64,000 nucleotides of DNA from Prorocentrum cordatum (GCA_963575745.1 CAUYUJ010000114.1:1116001-1180000), one strand, 5' to 3'; positions 50,701-63,324 are shown, numbered from the stretch's first letter. The notes: generated by a model not told the origin, from the sequence alone. Program-made: numbers and translations.

Positions 50701-51968
50701 CCCTCGGGGTGCTGATCTACGAGCTCCTCTGCGGCACGACCCCGTTCGAGGCCGTCAGCGAGCTGAAGATCTGGAGGAAGGTCGTCGCCGGCGTGGAGGG
50801 CACGAACTTCCCCGAGCCCTGCCAGGGCGACCCTGGGGACTTGATCAGGGCGCTCTTGTGCCTGGAGCCCTCCCAGAGGATGCCCGTGCTGCCCGCCGGC
50901 CTGGAGGACCTGCAGCGCCACCGGTGGTATCGGGGCTTCGACTGGGAGCCCTTCCGCGACCGGGCTCTGAGGGCGCCGTACCGGCCGAAGGAGATCAGGC
51001 AGGCCTGTTGCTGAAGATGAGCCGATCCAGAGAGATCGCCGCCACGAAAGAGCAGGGTCCTGAGGTGAGCAAAAACAACATGAACACAAATTTTCGGAGG
51101 TCCGCGCGGACCACCGAGAGTAAACGTTCCTGCAGTTGTCTGCTCCTCCAGATTTGGACCATCCTTCGCCATGGGGGCCGGGTCCTGAGGTGATGCTCTT
51201 GCATTTGTTTCAGGTGAATGCGCGCAGCGCCAAGGCGAGAACCACATTCTTAGAACGGCCCGCCCTCCATCCGTGAAGCTGTTGCGAACTTTGCGACGAG
51301 AGTGCGCGGCGCTGGGGCGAGAGGCACATTTTGAAAACGGCACGCCCCCTATCCGTTAAACTCTCGTAGAATTCGGGACGGATGTTCGCGGCGCTGCGGC
51401 GGGAGGTCACATGTTGAAAAGAAACCGCCCTCCGCCCGTGAACCTCTGGCAACAGTTGTATGACGAATGTGCGCGGCGCTACGGCGGGAGGCCACATGTT
51501 GGAAAGGATCTGCCCGCCCGTCCGTGAAGCTATTCCAATTTGTGGGTTCCAGAATCAGAATTGAGGAAGAGGTCTCAGCCCGGCTCGCCCTCACGACACG
51601 TCTCGAGATGTGGCAGGGAGAAGTTATTGATATAAGGAACAGGAATGGAGGAGGAGGAGGAGGAGGAGGAGGGGGAGGAGGAGGAGGAGGCGGAGGAGGA
51701 GGAGGAGGTGGAGGACGAGGAGGTCGCCCCGCCGCCGCCTCAGGAGAGGGACTTCGACTCGGGGTTCAACAGCGCGGAGCGGGCGGCACCCTCGGCCGAC
51801 GAGCCCTACAGGGACGACGGCTCGGCGTGGGACAGGAGCTTCGCCACCGTGGTGGACGACGGGGCGTGCGCGGGCGCCGGCTCGCTCCACGGGGACGGCT
51901 CCCCCGGGCTGCCGCAGCTCTTCCGCCGCGGCTCCCGGCGGAGCGGCAGCTTCCTCGCGCGGCCGTAG
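35784..51968 (+). CDS. Cyclic-nucleotide-dependent Ser/Thr kinase with PKG architecture (3 CNB domains plus AGC kinase domain). Predicted exons: 35784-~35876 (tentative), 45821-45918, 46109-46154, 46305-46534, 46872-46965, 47134-47886, 47950-48500, 50284-50506, 50658-51002, 51744-51968
   Basis: Splicing keeps the frame: [94 protein letters not shown], and an AGC tail [12 protein letters not shown]. The first exon MGNC.. (acylation-type N-terminus) is linked only by inference. The 63-nt intron at 47887-47949 is uncertain. Confidence 0.9.
36266..37692. repeat. (CTCAGC)n hexamer satellite with CCTG interruptions; continues at 41606-42162
   Basis: Read directly from the sequence; split by the retroelement. 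Confidence 0.97.
37693..41605 (+). mobile_element. 5'-truncated, internally deleted non-LTR retroelement (RT C-terminal part, CCHC, RNase H, C-terminal Cys motifs) inside a (CTCAGC)n array
   Basis: RALVDDVGL (RT domain 5-like) and [35 protein letters not shown]; RNase H motifs YTDGSG..GPLP..QTVGRAE..TDLK..WTPAH..GNAWA; CRCRGC and YCCSKC. Three different frames (ORFs ending 38820, 39719, 41305) indicate decay. Confidence 0.8.
42165..42510. repeat. ~73-bp tandem repeat (alternating A/B units)
   Basis: cccggga.tggagttctggga.ctcgaaga.cacgaag.ggcctacagttggctccggg about 4.5 times. Confidence 0.85.
45282..45460. mobile_element. Near-perfect 179-bp hairpin MITE, 5-bp TSD CAAAA
   Basis: ttaacgggcgaagaacggta..tacggtg g caccgta..taccgttcttcgcccgttaa; CAAAA at 45277-81 and 45461-65. 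Confidence 0.9.
49290..49760. repeat. GATC-rich GTGAGATCGAT(A/C) tandem tract inside a kinase intron
   Basis: ~12-bp units, plus an internal ~87-bp duplication near 49434-49607. Confidence 0.85.
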
Positions 51969-53149
51969 GAGCAGCGCGGCGCCGAGTTGCGGCGGCCGCG
52001 CCCTGCGCAGGGTGCCGGCGGAGAGCGCGCGGGCGCGCTCTTGCCTCGGAGGCTCACCCGTCGCGGAGCTGCGCTCGGCGGTGGGAGGTGCAGCAGGGGC
52101 GTCCTGGTGCCCAAAGGCTGCGTGGTCCAGGCCGGGCGAAGAGAGCGGAAGCTGTGCCATCATGGAAGCGCGTTTCGATGATGGTGGCCCCGTTCACTCG
52201 CTCTCCGCAGAGTCCGAGGGAAAAAGTCGGGTTGCCCGTGTCCCTCGTTCACAGCAGTGTCTCTTCCCGACGGGTTGGGATGGCTACTTCCCTCCGCAGG
52301 GGGAGTGACGCTCGGCAAAAATCATCGTGGCGAAGGACCTAACCTTATGCAGTTGTGAGTACCGCCCTGTTGTATCGCCTTCAGTGGAGCTCTCTGGGCC
52401 ACGAAACGTGTGAGAGGTGTGCAGAATGGGCCTGGGGGCGCATGCGGGCCCTGCCACTGGGGCATTCGGTGGAGCTCCCTTCGAGGCCACGACTGTGAGG
52501 AGTGTCCCGAATTAGGCCCGGGGGCACACAAAAGCTGTGCCACTGGGGCCTAAGGTGGGTCTCCCAATTGGGCCACAAAAGGTGAGGGGTGAGCCGAAAC
52601 GGACTGGGGACTTGGAGCCGCATGCGATCCAACTCTCCCCTTGAGAGCTTCGGTGCAGCTCCCGCCGCGCACGCGAACGAGTGCGGCCAGGAACTTTGGC
52701 TCAGCGTGTCGCGCCGCCGATTCTGGCCCACCACGCTTTGGCGCGACACGCCATTCACGTCCCAGTCCCCAAGCGTCAACGTCTCGAGCTTTTCTCAGCC
52801 TTGCGCCCCGCGAAGCGGAGCGACACGCCATCCGCTTGCAGGGCACAGCATGTCGCTTGGGCCGCTGCCGCGAAGCGCTGAGAACAAGTTCCTGGCCGTA
52901 ACATGTAAGCATCCTGACCTTCTCCTGGCATCGTTCGGTCGTGTGCTTTGTTTTCTCGGCGAGAACCATCGAGGACCATCCTGGACCATCGAGCAACAAA
53001 AAAAACACGCACGACACCGAACAACGCACGGGAAATGGACGTCCGAGCGACGGCAAGTGCCTTCTGATTTGGAATATCAGGCGGGCTGGCTTTCCGCACG
53101 AGGGGGGTGGAAAGCTTGTTTCTTTTCCATCGATTCCCCAGACTTCTCC

Positions 53150-53520
53150 GGATTCGTCGAGCGAGCGCACTGGTTTGCAACGTACTGTGCCATGTCAGCG
53201 AGATGTGGAGCTTGGGTTTCTTCGTACTGTGAGCCCGTCCAACAAGAAATACGATAAGTCCACTGTGAATGGGGTGCAGTTCTGCTTCAGTGAGAACCAC
53301 TATCGCTTCCGCATCGCTATCTAGAGCAAGCTGACAGTGGTGGTGGCTCCGCCAGACGGCGAGGATCGGGCCGATGGCCTGGAGCAGCCCTCGCGCGTGG
53401 TGCAGCTCGCACCCCCCCCTGAGGCCCGAGGGGCAGTGCTGGACCAGCAACACCAGCGCGCCCGTGCCCCTCAGCTCACGAGCGGCGAACGTATCCATAT
53501 CCACGCCCTCGCGGTCTGGA
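53150..53520 (-). CDS. Possible exon of an unidentified protein
   Basis: Non-repetitive open frame MDTFAARELRGTGALVLLVQHCPSG..LLQAIGPILAVW..AIVVLTEAELHP with coding-like third-position G/C bias; no family recognised. Confidence 0.3.
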
Positions 53521-54513
53521 TCCCGGGGCGCGGATGCGCGGGTCGCACGGAGACGTTCCGCGCAGGGGGCACCCACGAAGAAAAAACGCTCCGCATCCGC
53601 GAGGCCGCGGCCCAAGGGCCCGACGGTCCGGCCCGCGAGGCCGCGGACACGCCATGGGTTTTTCGCCCGCGAGCAGCGCCTCTTCGCCAGCAGGCGCCCT
53701 CGAGCAACATGGGCGCCGCCGCGGCAGCGGCGGTGGCCGGCACCAGCTGGGCCCCGCCGCAGCTCATTGGCTGGGCGGTCCTCTTTCTCCTCGTCCTCCT
53801 CCTCCTTGTCCTCCTCCTCCTCCTCCTCCTCCTCCTCCTCCTCCTCCTCCTCCTCCTCCTGTCCCTCCTGTCCCTCCTGTCCCTCCTCCTCCTCCTCCTC
53901 CTCCTCCTCCTCCTCCTCCTCCTCCTCCTCCTCCTCCTCCTCCTGGCACCAGCTGAGCCCCGCCGCAGCTCACTGGCTGGGCGGTTGGCTCGAGACCGCG
54001 CTGTTGGCTCGAGGCTTCCGCTGGTGGCGGGCAGCGCCTGACAGCCCTTGAGCCCAGCAGCGCCCTGGGGGTGGGTGGGGGGGGCAGCGCCCGTAGGCAC
54101 TGGAGCGAGCGGCGGCGGCGAGCAGCACGCTGGGCGCGAGCACCGCGGGGGCAGCGGTCAGGAGCAACGTCAGGGGGGGATAGGCTCCAGGGAGGACTCG
54201 TCGACTCCCAGGGGAGGGCCCCATAACCTGGCCACACGCCCAGGAACGTGCGAATTTGCTATCGGGGCACCATCGCCGATCTATAGGCGATGCGTCGCCG
54301 ATTCCAGCCTGATGCTTCCCCCCCTGGAACCGGTGCCCCTCTGGGGGCTTCTCGTCGCTCTTTTCCTTCTCCTCCTCCTGCTCCTCCTCCTCCTTTTCCT
54401 TTTCCTCCTCCTCCTCCTCCTCCTCCTCCTCCTCCTCCTCCCCCTCCTCTTCCCCCCCTCCTCCTCCTCCCCCTCCTCCTCCTTCTGCCCCTCCTCCTCC
54501 TTCTCCTCCTCCT

Positions 54514-57500
54514 GCTCAAGCACATATCGGCCCGAGCGCTTTCATTTTGTCAGCGGACTCGGTCCGAGGCTTCTCATTTTCCCGCAGTGCTTGAGGAACA
54601 ACAGGCGCCATACCCTTGCTGTTAGGACTTCCTGTGGTAGGATTTCCTGTTGACCAAGAGAAGTTCACAGTCATGTCTCCTGGTTGGCTCTGGAGCACGT
54701 GCAAGAAGTGCGGTACGCACGATTACAACGATGTGCTCACCCAAGCCGATTGCAAGTGCAGGAAATGCTCGAGCAAGGTACGAGTGCACAAGAGCAAGCC
54801 AGACAAGAGTTCTCCAGCGGCTCTTGAGGGGGCCTTGGCGGCACCGCAGCTAGTCGAGGACCTGTTGGCCCAGGCGATCAAGCTCTCATCCGACACTGAG
54901 GTGCGGAAGAACCTTCAGGAGCAGGCGCAGCGCGTGGTCGCCACGCCGTCGCCAGCTCCTGTGACGGGGCTGCCGCCTGCCGAGGCGGTCCGCCGCGCCG
55001 AAGGCGCTTGGAAGGATGCGAAGCTCAAGTTCGATCAAGCGTCCGCTCAGATTCGCCGTTGTCGCGAGAACCCCGAGCGGGTGACCAAGGAAGAGGAGAC
55101 CTTGCGGCAGCTGGCGGTGGCGGAGCTCACCACAAAGGCAGCCGCGGCGGCGCTGGCCAAGGAGGTGGGCATCACCACTCAGGCCGGCGCCAGTGCTGAG
55201 TCCCAGTACCCCGCGAAGATTGGGTTCACCTGGGATGGGGTTTTCTTCGAGTCCCTGGACAGCGTGGAGCGCGAGGAGCACGAGCGCACTGCGTTGAGGC
55301 AGTTTGAGAAGGATCTGAAGGCTACACGCGAGACGTTGGCAGCCAAGTCGTCCGACATCGCGCAATGGAGCCAGCGCGTCAGCGAACTCAAGAAGCAGAT
55401 CGAGGAGCGCACGGCCAAGAAGCGCAAGACGGCTGCGGATGGTGCCGAGGGCTAGGCGGCCCAGGGCAAGGGGACAGGAGCTCCCGATGCCGAGGCCCAG
55501 GCGGCGTCGGCTCCAGCGGCAGCGGAGAAGCCCGTCGCGGCGTCGCAGGCGCAGGCTGCGTCGGCCGTGCCGTCGCCCACGCCCTCGGACCCAGAGGTTC
55601 TGAAAGAGACGGGGCGCATCAAGCAGGCCAGGCAGGCGGCTGAGGCAGCTGCCAGCCAGGCCGTGGGCGCGTCGTCGACTGGTGCCGCTGCGGGCGCTGC
55701 CCCTGAGGCGCGCCTCGCGTCGAGGGTCCACCGACGCCCTCGGCGTTCGCGAGCAACCACCCGGCGGCGCCGGCTCAGGCGTAGGGGCCTGGCGGCGCCG
55801 CGGCTCAGGAGGGCGGCGACGACGACGAGTGCCGCATGTTCTTCGCTAACATCACGGCGCTGGGCAACTCGCCCTGGAAGTATATGTTGAGCAAAGAGCA
55901 CCTGGCTCGATGTCAGTTCATGGGGTTAGTCGAGACGCGCGCCACGGCGAAGGGCACCACTCGAGACGTGTGGGCGCGCAAGGCACAGCAGTTGCACTGG
56001 CGCTTTGTGGACAACGGGGCACGTCCGACAGGCAGGGCCACAACTTCAGCAGGTCAAGTTCGAGCGCGTGAAGGAGGCGTGCTTTTTCTTGCACGTAACT
56101 ATCGGCACGTTCATAGGTTTGCTGACAAACCTCGAGATCTACCTAGTTTCTGTTGTCCTGGTGGCGTTGACTTCGACGGCTTCATGGCGGTCGCCATGCA
56201 CCGGCGGGGCTTCGCTTTCACCCTCATCATCAACTGCGGGCGTTGCAGCGTTGGCTTCGGCGGGGACAACGTCGCGCGCATGGCGAGGCTGGGAGCCTCT
56301 GCTCGGCGCCTACAACTTCCGCGGCGCATCGCGGGCGACTGGGACATTGACGTTGGTTTAATGTTCAAGTCGAGGCGCCCGCAGAAGATCGGGGGCGCGC
56401 GGCGAGGGCTAGCGTCGCTCGCGCGCGCGTGAGTAGCGAAGGACAGCCCCGCATCGATTACCCGCAACGGCTTCGCCCAACGCCGCCGGCCCCCTGTCTC
56501 GGATAGTGGGAGACGCACAAGCTGCGTCGCGAGGTCTGGGCGCCGCCGCGAAGCAGCGTCGGGGCCTGTTTGTTCTTCGACCCTGACCCTGCGGATCTGC
56601 GTCACGGCTGCCACCGAATTGCAAAAATGTGGCAAATCCTTTTTGTTTTTGGACCCTGACCTTGCCGATCTGCGTGAGGGGCGCCACCGAATTTCAGAAA
56701 CGTAGCAAATCCTTTATATTTGTTGACCCTGACCCTGCGGATCTGAGCGAGGGGCGCTGCCGAATTTTAGAAATGCGGCATATCGCCGTTGTGCTTTTGG
56801 GCCCTGACCCTGCCGATCTGCGCGCGGGGTGCCACCGAATTTTAGGAGCGCGGCAACTCCCTTGCTTTTGGGCCCTGGCCCTGCCGATCTGCTTGAGGGG
56901 CGCCACCGAATACGAGAAATGCTGCAAACCCATTATTGTTTTGAACCCTGGCCCCGCCGATCTGCGCGAGGTTTGCCACCGACCGTCGAAAATGCGGCGA
57001 ATCCCCCCTTGGTTTTTTGACCCTGGCCCCGCCGATCCGCGCGTGAGGTGCCACCGAATGTCAAACATGCGACGAATCCTTTTGCGTTTTTGGGCCCTGG
57101 CCCCGCCGATCTGCTTGGGGGGCGCCACCGAATCTCAGAAATGCGGCCAATCCCTTGCTTTTGGACCCTGGCCCCGCCGACCTGCGTGAGGGGCGTCCAT
57201 TTTATCCGCCCCGGCAATTCAGCGCGCGTTCAGGGCGCGGTGAGAATGCCCGCCTGCCCCCCGCCCCCCTCCCTCGCGCGGCCCACCAATGAGGAACAGC
57301 GAGCAGTAAGAAGCAGAACTGCAACAGCAAGCAGCAAGAAGCAGAACTGCAACAGCGCAAACTGGAAGCTGCAACTGGCACAGGAAACTGCGAACCTCAG
57401 GCCTACAGCCTGGCGGCCCCGCAAGGGGGCCGGCGGATATAGTTGCCGGCCCAGCGTGTCTGCCATATATAAAATCAGTGGAGGCGGTCGAGACCGCCCC

Positions 57501-60500
57501 TTGGAAGCCCCGCTGCGGGCTTTCGGTTTGTTTCCGGCAACCAGGTTTGCAATTGATGGCTCGTTCCCTTTTCCCGGCGCGCCGTCGTCCGCAGTCGGGC
57601 AGGCCTCTCACGGGGCCCACTGCAGGCGCCAAATCCAGTCGCGCTAAGCAGGAGCAGCTTGTTCGTCGGGGGGTGGCGCGGGGGCAGACTAAGGCGGCGT
57701 GCGCTGAATTGTTTTCTGGCCCCCTTCAGCCCGAGCCCTCGGCCCCGGCCCCCGGGGGCAGCGAAGATCCGTCGGGGGGAGGTTCGGGGGCCCAGGGCCT
57801 CGATCCGCGCCAGGCGGCGAGGGGGAATTCTGGGCCCTGGGATATGTTTTTTTACACAAAAAAGTTTTCAGTTCGAGGAGGAAGAGGGCCCTTGGGCCGA
57901 TGAGCCGAGTTTCGTTCCTGTCGCGCCTCCTCGCTCGCATTCTCGGGCTTCTGGTCGCCCGCCCCAGGCGTCTGAAGGTGGGCTCGAGAGCGCGCAGGCC
58001 GACGCAATTAACTCCAACCGGGCATCCGTCAGCAGCAGCAATGTCTCACAGGGGGGCCGCGAGGTTCCAGCCGGCGGACGTTCCCAGGGGCCCCGCGTCG
58101 ACGGAGTCGGCGAGAGCCTTCTGAGCTCCACTGCTGGCGTTGCTGCTGGTCCTTCTTGCTCCATCTCGGCTGCTACGTGGTCCGTGGTTCTGGCTCAAAC
58201 CCGTTGGTAGCCCCGCGTTTTCCAGCATGTCTGGCCAGCGATTAGCGGTTCTCTTGCGTTTGCTACTGGGCGTGAGTACATGTTACATGCCAGTTCTCGG
58301 CATGCCACGCGGGCGCGGTCTGTTGACGGCGCGGTCGCTGCGCGTCGCGTGCAGGAGGCCGCCGGTACATCACGCGCGCAGGGCTTACACTTGCAGGCGG
58401 CCCCCGCCGAGCAGGCCGCCCGCGTTCGGGGCCAACCGGTGGCCGATCGAGCGGCGACCTGGCGGGGGAGTTTCCACGCCGTCGCTCAGAACGTGCTCTG
58501 TCATCGGTCTCGCGGCAACGGCGCAGTGCAGATCGAGCACTTGCGCGAAGCGCTTCGGAGGTGGCTCCTGACGACGTCGCCCAGTTCACCTCCAGCGCGG
58601 GCTCGCGGCCCTCTGTCGAGAGGGAGCTCATGAACCTGCGCGGCGCCTCGCTGGACAGGCTGAAGGCGCCGGGGGAGCGGGCGTTCAAGGGGGCCGACCG
58701 GTCCTTGGCTCGGGCGGCGTCTTCCTCACTACGTGATTTTCAGGAGTGGATTGTTTCCGCTGATTCGATAGGCGCCACACACAAGAGCATCAATGAGCAC
58801 ATGCCCGCGGTTGAAGAGTTGCACTGTCAGGTGGACGGACGCTCAGAGGTTCTTGTTCATCCAGTCGATGCGATTGATCACAAAGTTTCGAAGTGGAGGG
58901 ATCTTTTGGCTCAGAGTCGCTTTCTTTTCCAAAAATCATGGACGCATGTGGAACCATTCGAGAGCATGCGCGAGTCGAGCAGCTGGCGCCGCTAACAGTT
59001 GCAGATTTGCGCCAGGCAGCGGCGGCCACGAGGCTCAAAACGGGGCTCGGCATCGATCAGATGTCGCCGCTGGGCTTCGACAGGCTGCCAGGCTGCGCAG
59101 TGGCAGAGCATGTGAGTTATACCGGTTAGTTGAAGGAGGTTGATCGTGGCCGTGGCAAGTACTTACTGTCATCGGTCGCCTCCTGGGTAAGAAATCAGGA
59201 GGCGATCGGGACATCGGCCTCATCGCGACGCCCCGTCGGTTGCGGAGCATGGCGCGAGAAGGGCAGGTTCGGCAGTGGGTTTTGGACGACGAGCCGATGT
59301 GGGACGCGGCAGTGACACGGAACAGCGCCCTTCGTGAGGCGTATGTCCGTGCCTTCGAGGAGGAGTTGCACATGCGTCTTCTGGTTCCTCATGGGCGTGG
59401 GCTCGTTGATGCGCAGGCCTTAACGATAGTATTGAATGGCTTCAGTTAGCGCGCGCTGCATTACGCATGAAGTTCCCTCCGACAATTGTGTTCCTGGAAT
59501 TGTAAGTATGCTCCAGTCCTCGGTGATTGCGCAGTTACCGGCATATTCGCTGCCTTTTCAGCCGGCGAGGTCTGTGGTACAAGGCTTCCGGAGCGGGACT
59601 TGTCTTGCGCGATGCATGAGCCAGTGGGTTATTCATCGGCTTGCACGGCCCATCCTACCTTATCTCAGAGATTATGGATCGATGACTGGCCCATGCGAAC
59701 GGCGGGCCCCCGTAAGCACGCGCGCGCGCAGCTTGTCAAGGGCATCGCTAGTGTCTCGAAGTTTCTGAAGATGCAGGGCCCAGCCATGTCACCGAAGTCG
59801 GCGGTCTCATGTGCTCACCACGCTGACGCCAAGGTCGTCGTGCAGCAGTTGAAGCGCGAGGGCATTCAGATCCAGGGGAGTTTGCAGCATGCCTACTCGG
59901 GCGTGGGCCCGGAGGCAGGCTTCCGCCAAGCTCGAGACGCAGCCAGGAAGCGGGTCGTGAAGTCCAAGGGGCAGCGTGGCAAGCTTCGGCGGCACGCTCG
60001 AGCATCATGTCGGTACGCAACGACGGCAAAGATACAAAGAGCTGGCCCTCAGGCCGCGGCTGTGCACGGCCACCAGATCAACGGGTGCTTTGGGTCGGCC
60101 ATGGTTTTGCAGAGGCGCAGGTTGGCTGCGGCGGCGAGCTCGGCGAGGAGGGGGAGACGCACGACTGCCCTTCTCGCTCGGCGCCTGCCCGGGCCTGATC
60201 CCGGTCCCGTGCTGGTGTTGCCGCGGCAGGCGATGGCTCAGCGGTTGCAGGTTTGGCGAACTGAGCCGCGCCTCCAGGCAGGCATCGAGCGGGTCTGGGC
60301 CAGCACGGTCTAGACGCCGGCAGCTCTGCCAGAGGCTCATCGATCCCGTTATATCCGAGGTCCGACTTCGACCACCATCGCGCATTTGCTGCAAGCAGGT
60401 TGGCTTCCGACCTCAGCTGCCGAGTGGGGCGCGACTCATGATTGCGCTTGTGACCGACCGCTTGGACATGTTCTTCAGCGGCCATCACAGGCCATGACCA

Positions 60501-62170
60501 AGTCTTGCCCCTCTTGGACGAGTTCGAGGAGGCGCTGTCGGCACGGCAATGGCGCGAAGCAGCTGGTCATATGGCGGGAGGCGTGGACCTTCAGAGTTAT
60601 CGGCAATGCTTGGCGCCCCTCTCTCACGCGCACAAGGGTCGGCAGCTGGTGGAGCTCACGATTTTCATCGCAGCAGGCGGCTCATGGACACAAGCACGCA
60701 AGTTTGAAGCAGGTATTGCAGGTGTTGAGTCGGACCTCTGCCCACGGTGCCGTGAGACGGCGGAGACTGCTTTCCATCGCACGCGGGCTTGTTCTTGCAA
60801 CGACAATGGCAAGGCTTTCGCCGATACAGAGTGCATTATTTCACGGGCTTGGGCGGAGCGGGATAGTGCCACATGTTTCTGGACTCGTGGTCGTACCCCG
60901 TCGAGCTGGACACAGGTGCCCGAGCCCGTCAGCGAGCCACAGTGGGAAGTTGGGAACATGTCAGCACCTCTTGCGCCAGGCTGCCTGGGCTCTGGCCCGC
61001 GAGAGGCTCCGCTGGTGGTTGTCGGAGACGCCTCGGGAGGAGCTGGTTCACGTGACGGACGGCTCCGACGAGTTGGGCCTGGAATCGCCACGATGATCGA
61101 TTTCTCACCGGTGCAGGTGGGCCTTTATATGTTTGGGCCGCTCTGGGGATCTCAGAGCCAGCAGACGGTCCCGCGGGGCGAGCTGCAGTGCCTGTTGTGG
61201 GCGATTGAGTATTCACATGGAGTTTTGATACATGTGACAGATAATGATGAAGTTTGTCGAGGCTGGTGGCATAGTTTGTTCTCGCGGCCCGCGGGCCACA
61301 ATGCAGACCCCTGGAGACCCATCCAGAACACCTTAGTTCAGCAGTCTCGGTCAGAAGCTAATGCTATCGCGTTGCAGGTCTCCTCGCACTTTACCCCAGT
61401 TGAGTACTTAGCGCGAGGAGTTGCGAGCTGGCGTGTTCAAGGCAATGAGGTGGTTGATGAGCTGGCGGCGGCAGCGGCGACCAGGTGCAGGCTCCCAGAG
61501 GTACACCGTGCCCGAGTCGCCGAGGTCGAGAGGATGCGCACCTTGTTCGGAGGCGCATCCTCCGCGCCGCCCTGTTTGTGATTCGCCACGAGACCGAGCA
61601 GAAGCGAGAAGCCAAGAGAGTAGGCTTCTGACAGGGGCTCCTGAGGCCCCTCCTCCTCCTCCTCCTCCTCCTCCTCCTCCTCCTCCTCCTCTTCCTCCTC
61701 CTCCTGCTCCTCCTCCTCCTCCTCCTCCTCTCCCACGCCCTGTACCTATAGCTGTTGCACGCTTTGCGATTGTACACACTTTAGGGGACGACGGGAAACG
61801 TGTACTGTGTGTAGGGGTAGTGCGTCTGCCGCGTGTGTTCGAAGCTGGCTAAAAACGGAGTGCTCGCCTATGGAAAACGTGAGTTGTAGAATTTCCTGAT
61901 TCCCCCGAGGGAAAAGCATCCATATAGCTGGCGGTTGGGCTCGCCCCTCTCATAGTATGGTTTATCACGTGACGTCAGGGAAATGGTATTGCGCATTGTG
62001 TGGCTTCTTCAATCAATCCCAAATTCGTCGTCTTGGAAAGCCCTGCAAGCCGATGTCTGTGACGAAAGCTCGCCGGGAATATCTCGACTAAATCTCACGT
62101 GTTTTACTCCCCAAAGTTTAACTGGGGAGTGGCGGTGGTATTGGCATCTGTCAAGGCGGTAATCCTGGAA
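54514..62170 (+). mobile_element. Near full-length decayed non-LTR retroelement (ORF1; ORF2 with APE-like endonuclease, RT and RNase H) flanked by (CCT)n
   Basis: ORF1 from 54673 has CKKC..CRKC and an Ala/Glu/Lys-rich helical region. ORF2 from 55836 has FFANIT..LVETR..IAGDW (APE-like). RT remnants at ~59000-59800: TGLGIDQ, KKSGGDRDIGL, VVQGFRSG, LWIDDW, SPKSAV. RNase H at 60505-61581: GDASGG..GPL..QTVPRGEL..TDN..VSSH..GNEVVDELA. C-terminal WYCALCG. Many stops and frameshifts. Confidence 0.8.
56565..57195. repeat. ~73-bp minisatellite (~9 units) interrupting the retroelement ORF2
   Basis: ccctg.ccc.gccgatctgc..gaggg.gccaccgaat..gaaatgcggc repeated. Confidence 0.88.
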
Positions 62171-63324
62171 ATCCTTCTCCTCCTCCTCCTGCTCCTCCTC
62201 CTCCTGCTTGCTACTCCTCCTCCTCCTGCTCCTCCTCCTCCTCCTCCTGCTTGCTCCTCCTCCTCCTGCTCCTCATCCTCCTCCTCCGGAACCGGTGCCC
62301 CCCTCATGTTCTCCCTCATGCGGCCAGAGCAGCGGCGGCCACAGCAGCGAGGGTGCGAGAGGCGGGGACCAGCAGAGACAACGGCGGCCTTCCCCTGGCG
62401 TTTCGCCGTCCTTTTTGGCCTTCCTGGGGGTTTCTCGTCGCCCTCCTCGTCCTCCTAGTCCTCCTCCTCTTCCTCCTGCTCCGCCTCCTCCTCCCCCTCC
62501 GCCGCCTCCTCCTCCGCCTCCTCCTCCTTCTCATCCTCCTTCTGCTTCTTCTCCTTCTCCTCCTCCTCCTCCTGCTTCTCCTGCTTTTCCTCCTCCTCCT
62601 CCTCCTCCTCCTCCTCCTCCCTGGGAGAGGTCCAGGGACCGATTTTGAGCGGATTTGGGCCGAGCGAGCAAGCCGCCACCGTTGTCTCAACTGGTCTTCC
62701 GAGTTGATCGCGTGCTCAGAGAGGGCGAGATGACCGAAGGGTCAGTGTTGTTGCCATGGTGCTCTGACTTGCAGTCGGTTGTTCATTTCCTGGTTTTGTT
62801 GAAGAAGGATCTGCATAGACATAAAGTTCCAACGGTCCGCACGGATTTCTGGGATCTTCGTTGTAACCATTGGCGCGCTCGCGCTCGCCAGGGAGGGTGC
62901 ATATGCCTTGTTTCTCTGGCGGCGCCTCCAATACTGCCCCTGGCGCGCCCCGCAGGCCAGGGCGGGGGTGCACGTTTTTGTTCATCCCGCCGCGCTTTGT
63001 CCATTTCGCGAGCGGGGTCGACCCCCCGACCCTCCCCTGCGCCCGCCCTGGCAGGTTCCCCCAGCCGCGCCCCAGCCGAGACGACGAGCACCCCCGGGAG
63101 CGCGCCCACGAGCCCCGGCCCGTCGGGCCACGATCCGTTTCGGCCCACGACGCGAGCCCAGAGAGATCCGATGCGTTGCAAAAAAACATAAAAAAACACG
63201 TTTTTTTTTGTTTTTGTTGTTGCAATCCTTCGTTTTATTGCAATCCTTCTGACTTTCAGAACGAGCCCCGCAGAAGTCCTGACCCTTTTCCTCGGGGCTG
63301 ACTCTGCATCCCGAGTCGCCCTTC

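Noticed and set aside
50999..51743. Alternative last-intron donor at 50999 giving a perfect TCAGG repeat
   Set aside because: It shifts the last exon out of the frame encoding the conserved [12 protein letters not shown] tail; the donor at 51003 keeps the frame.
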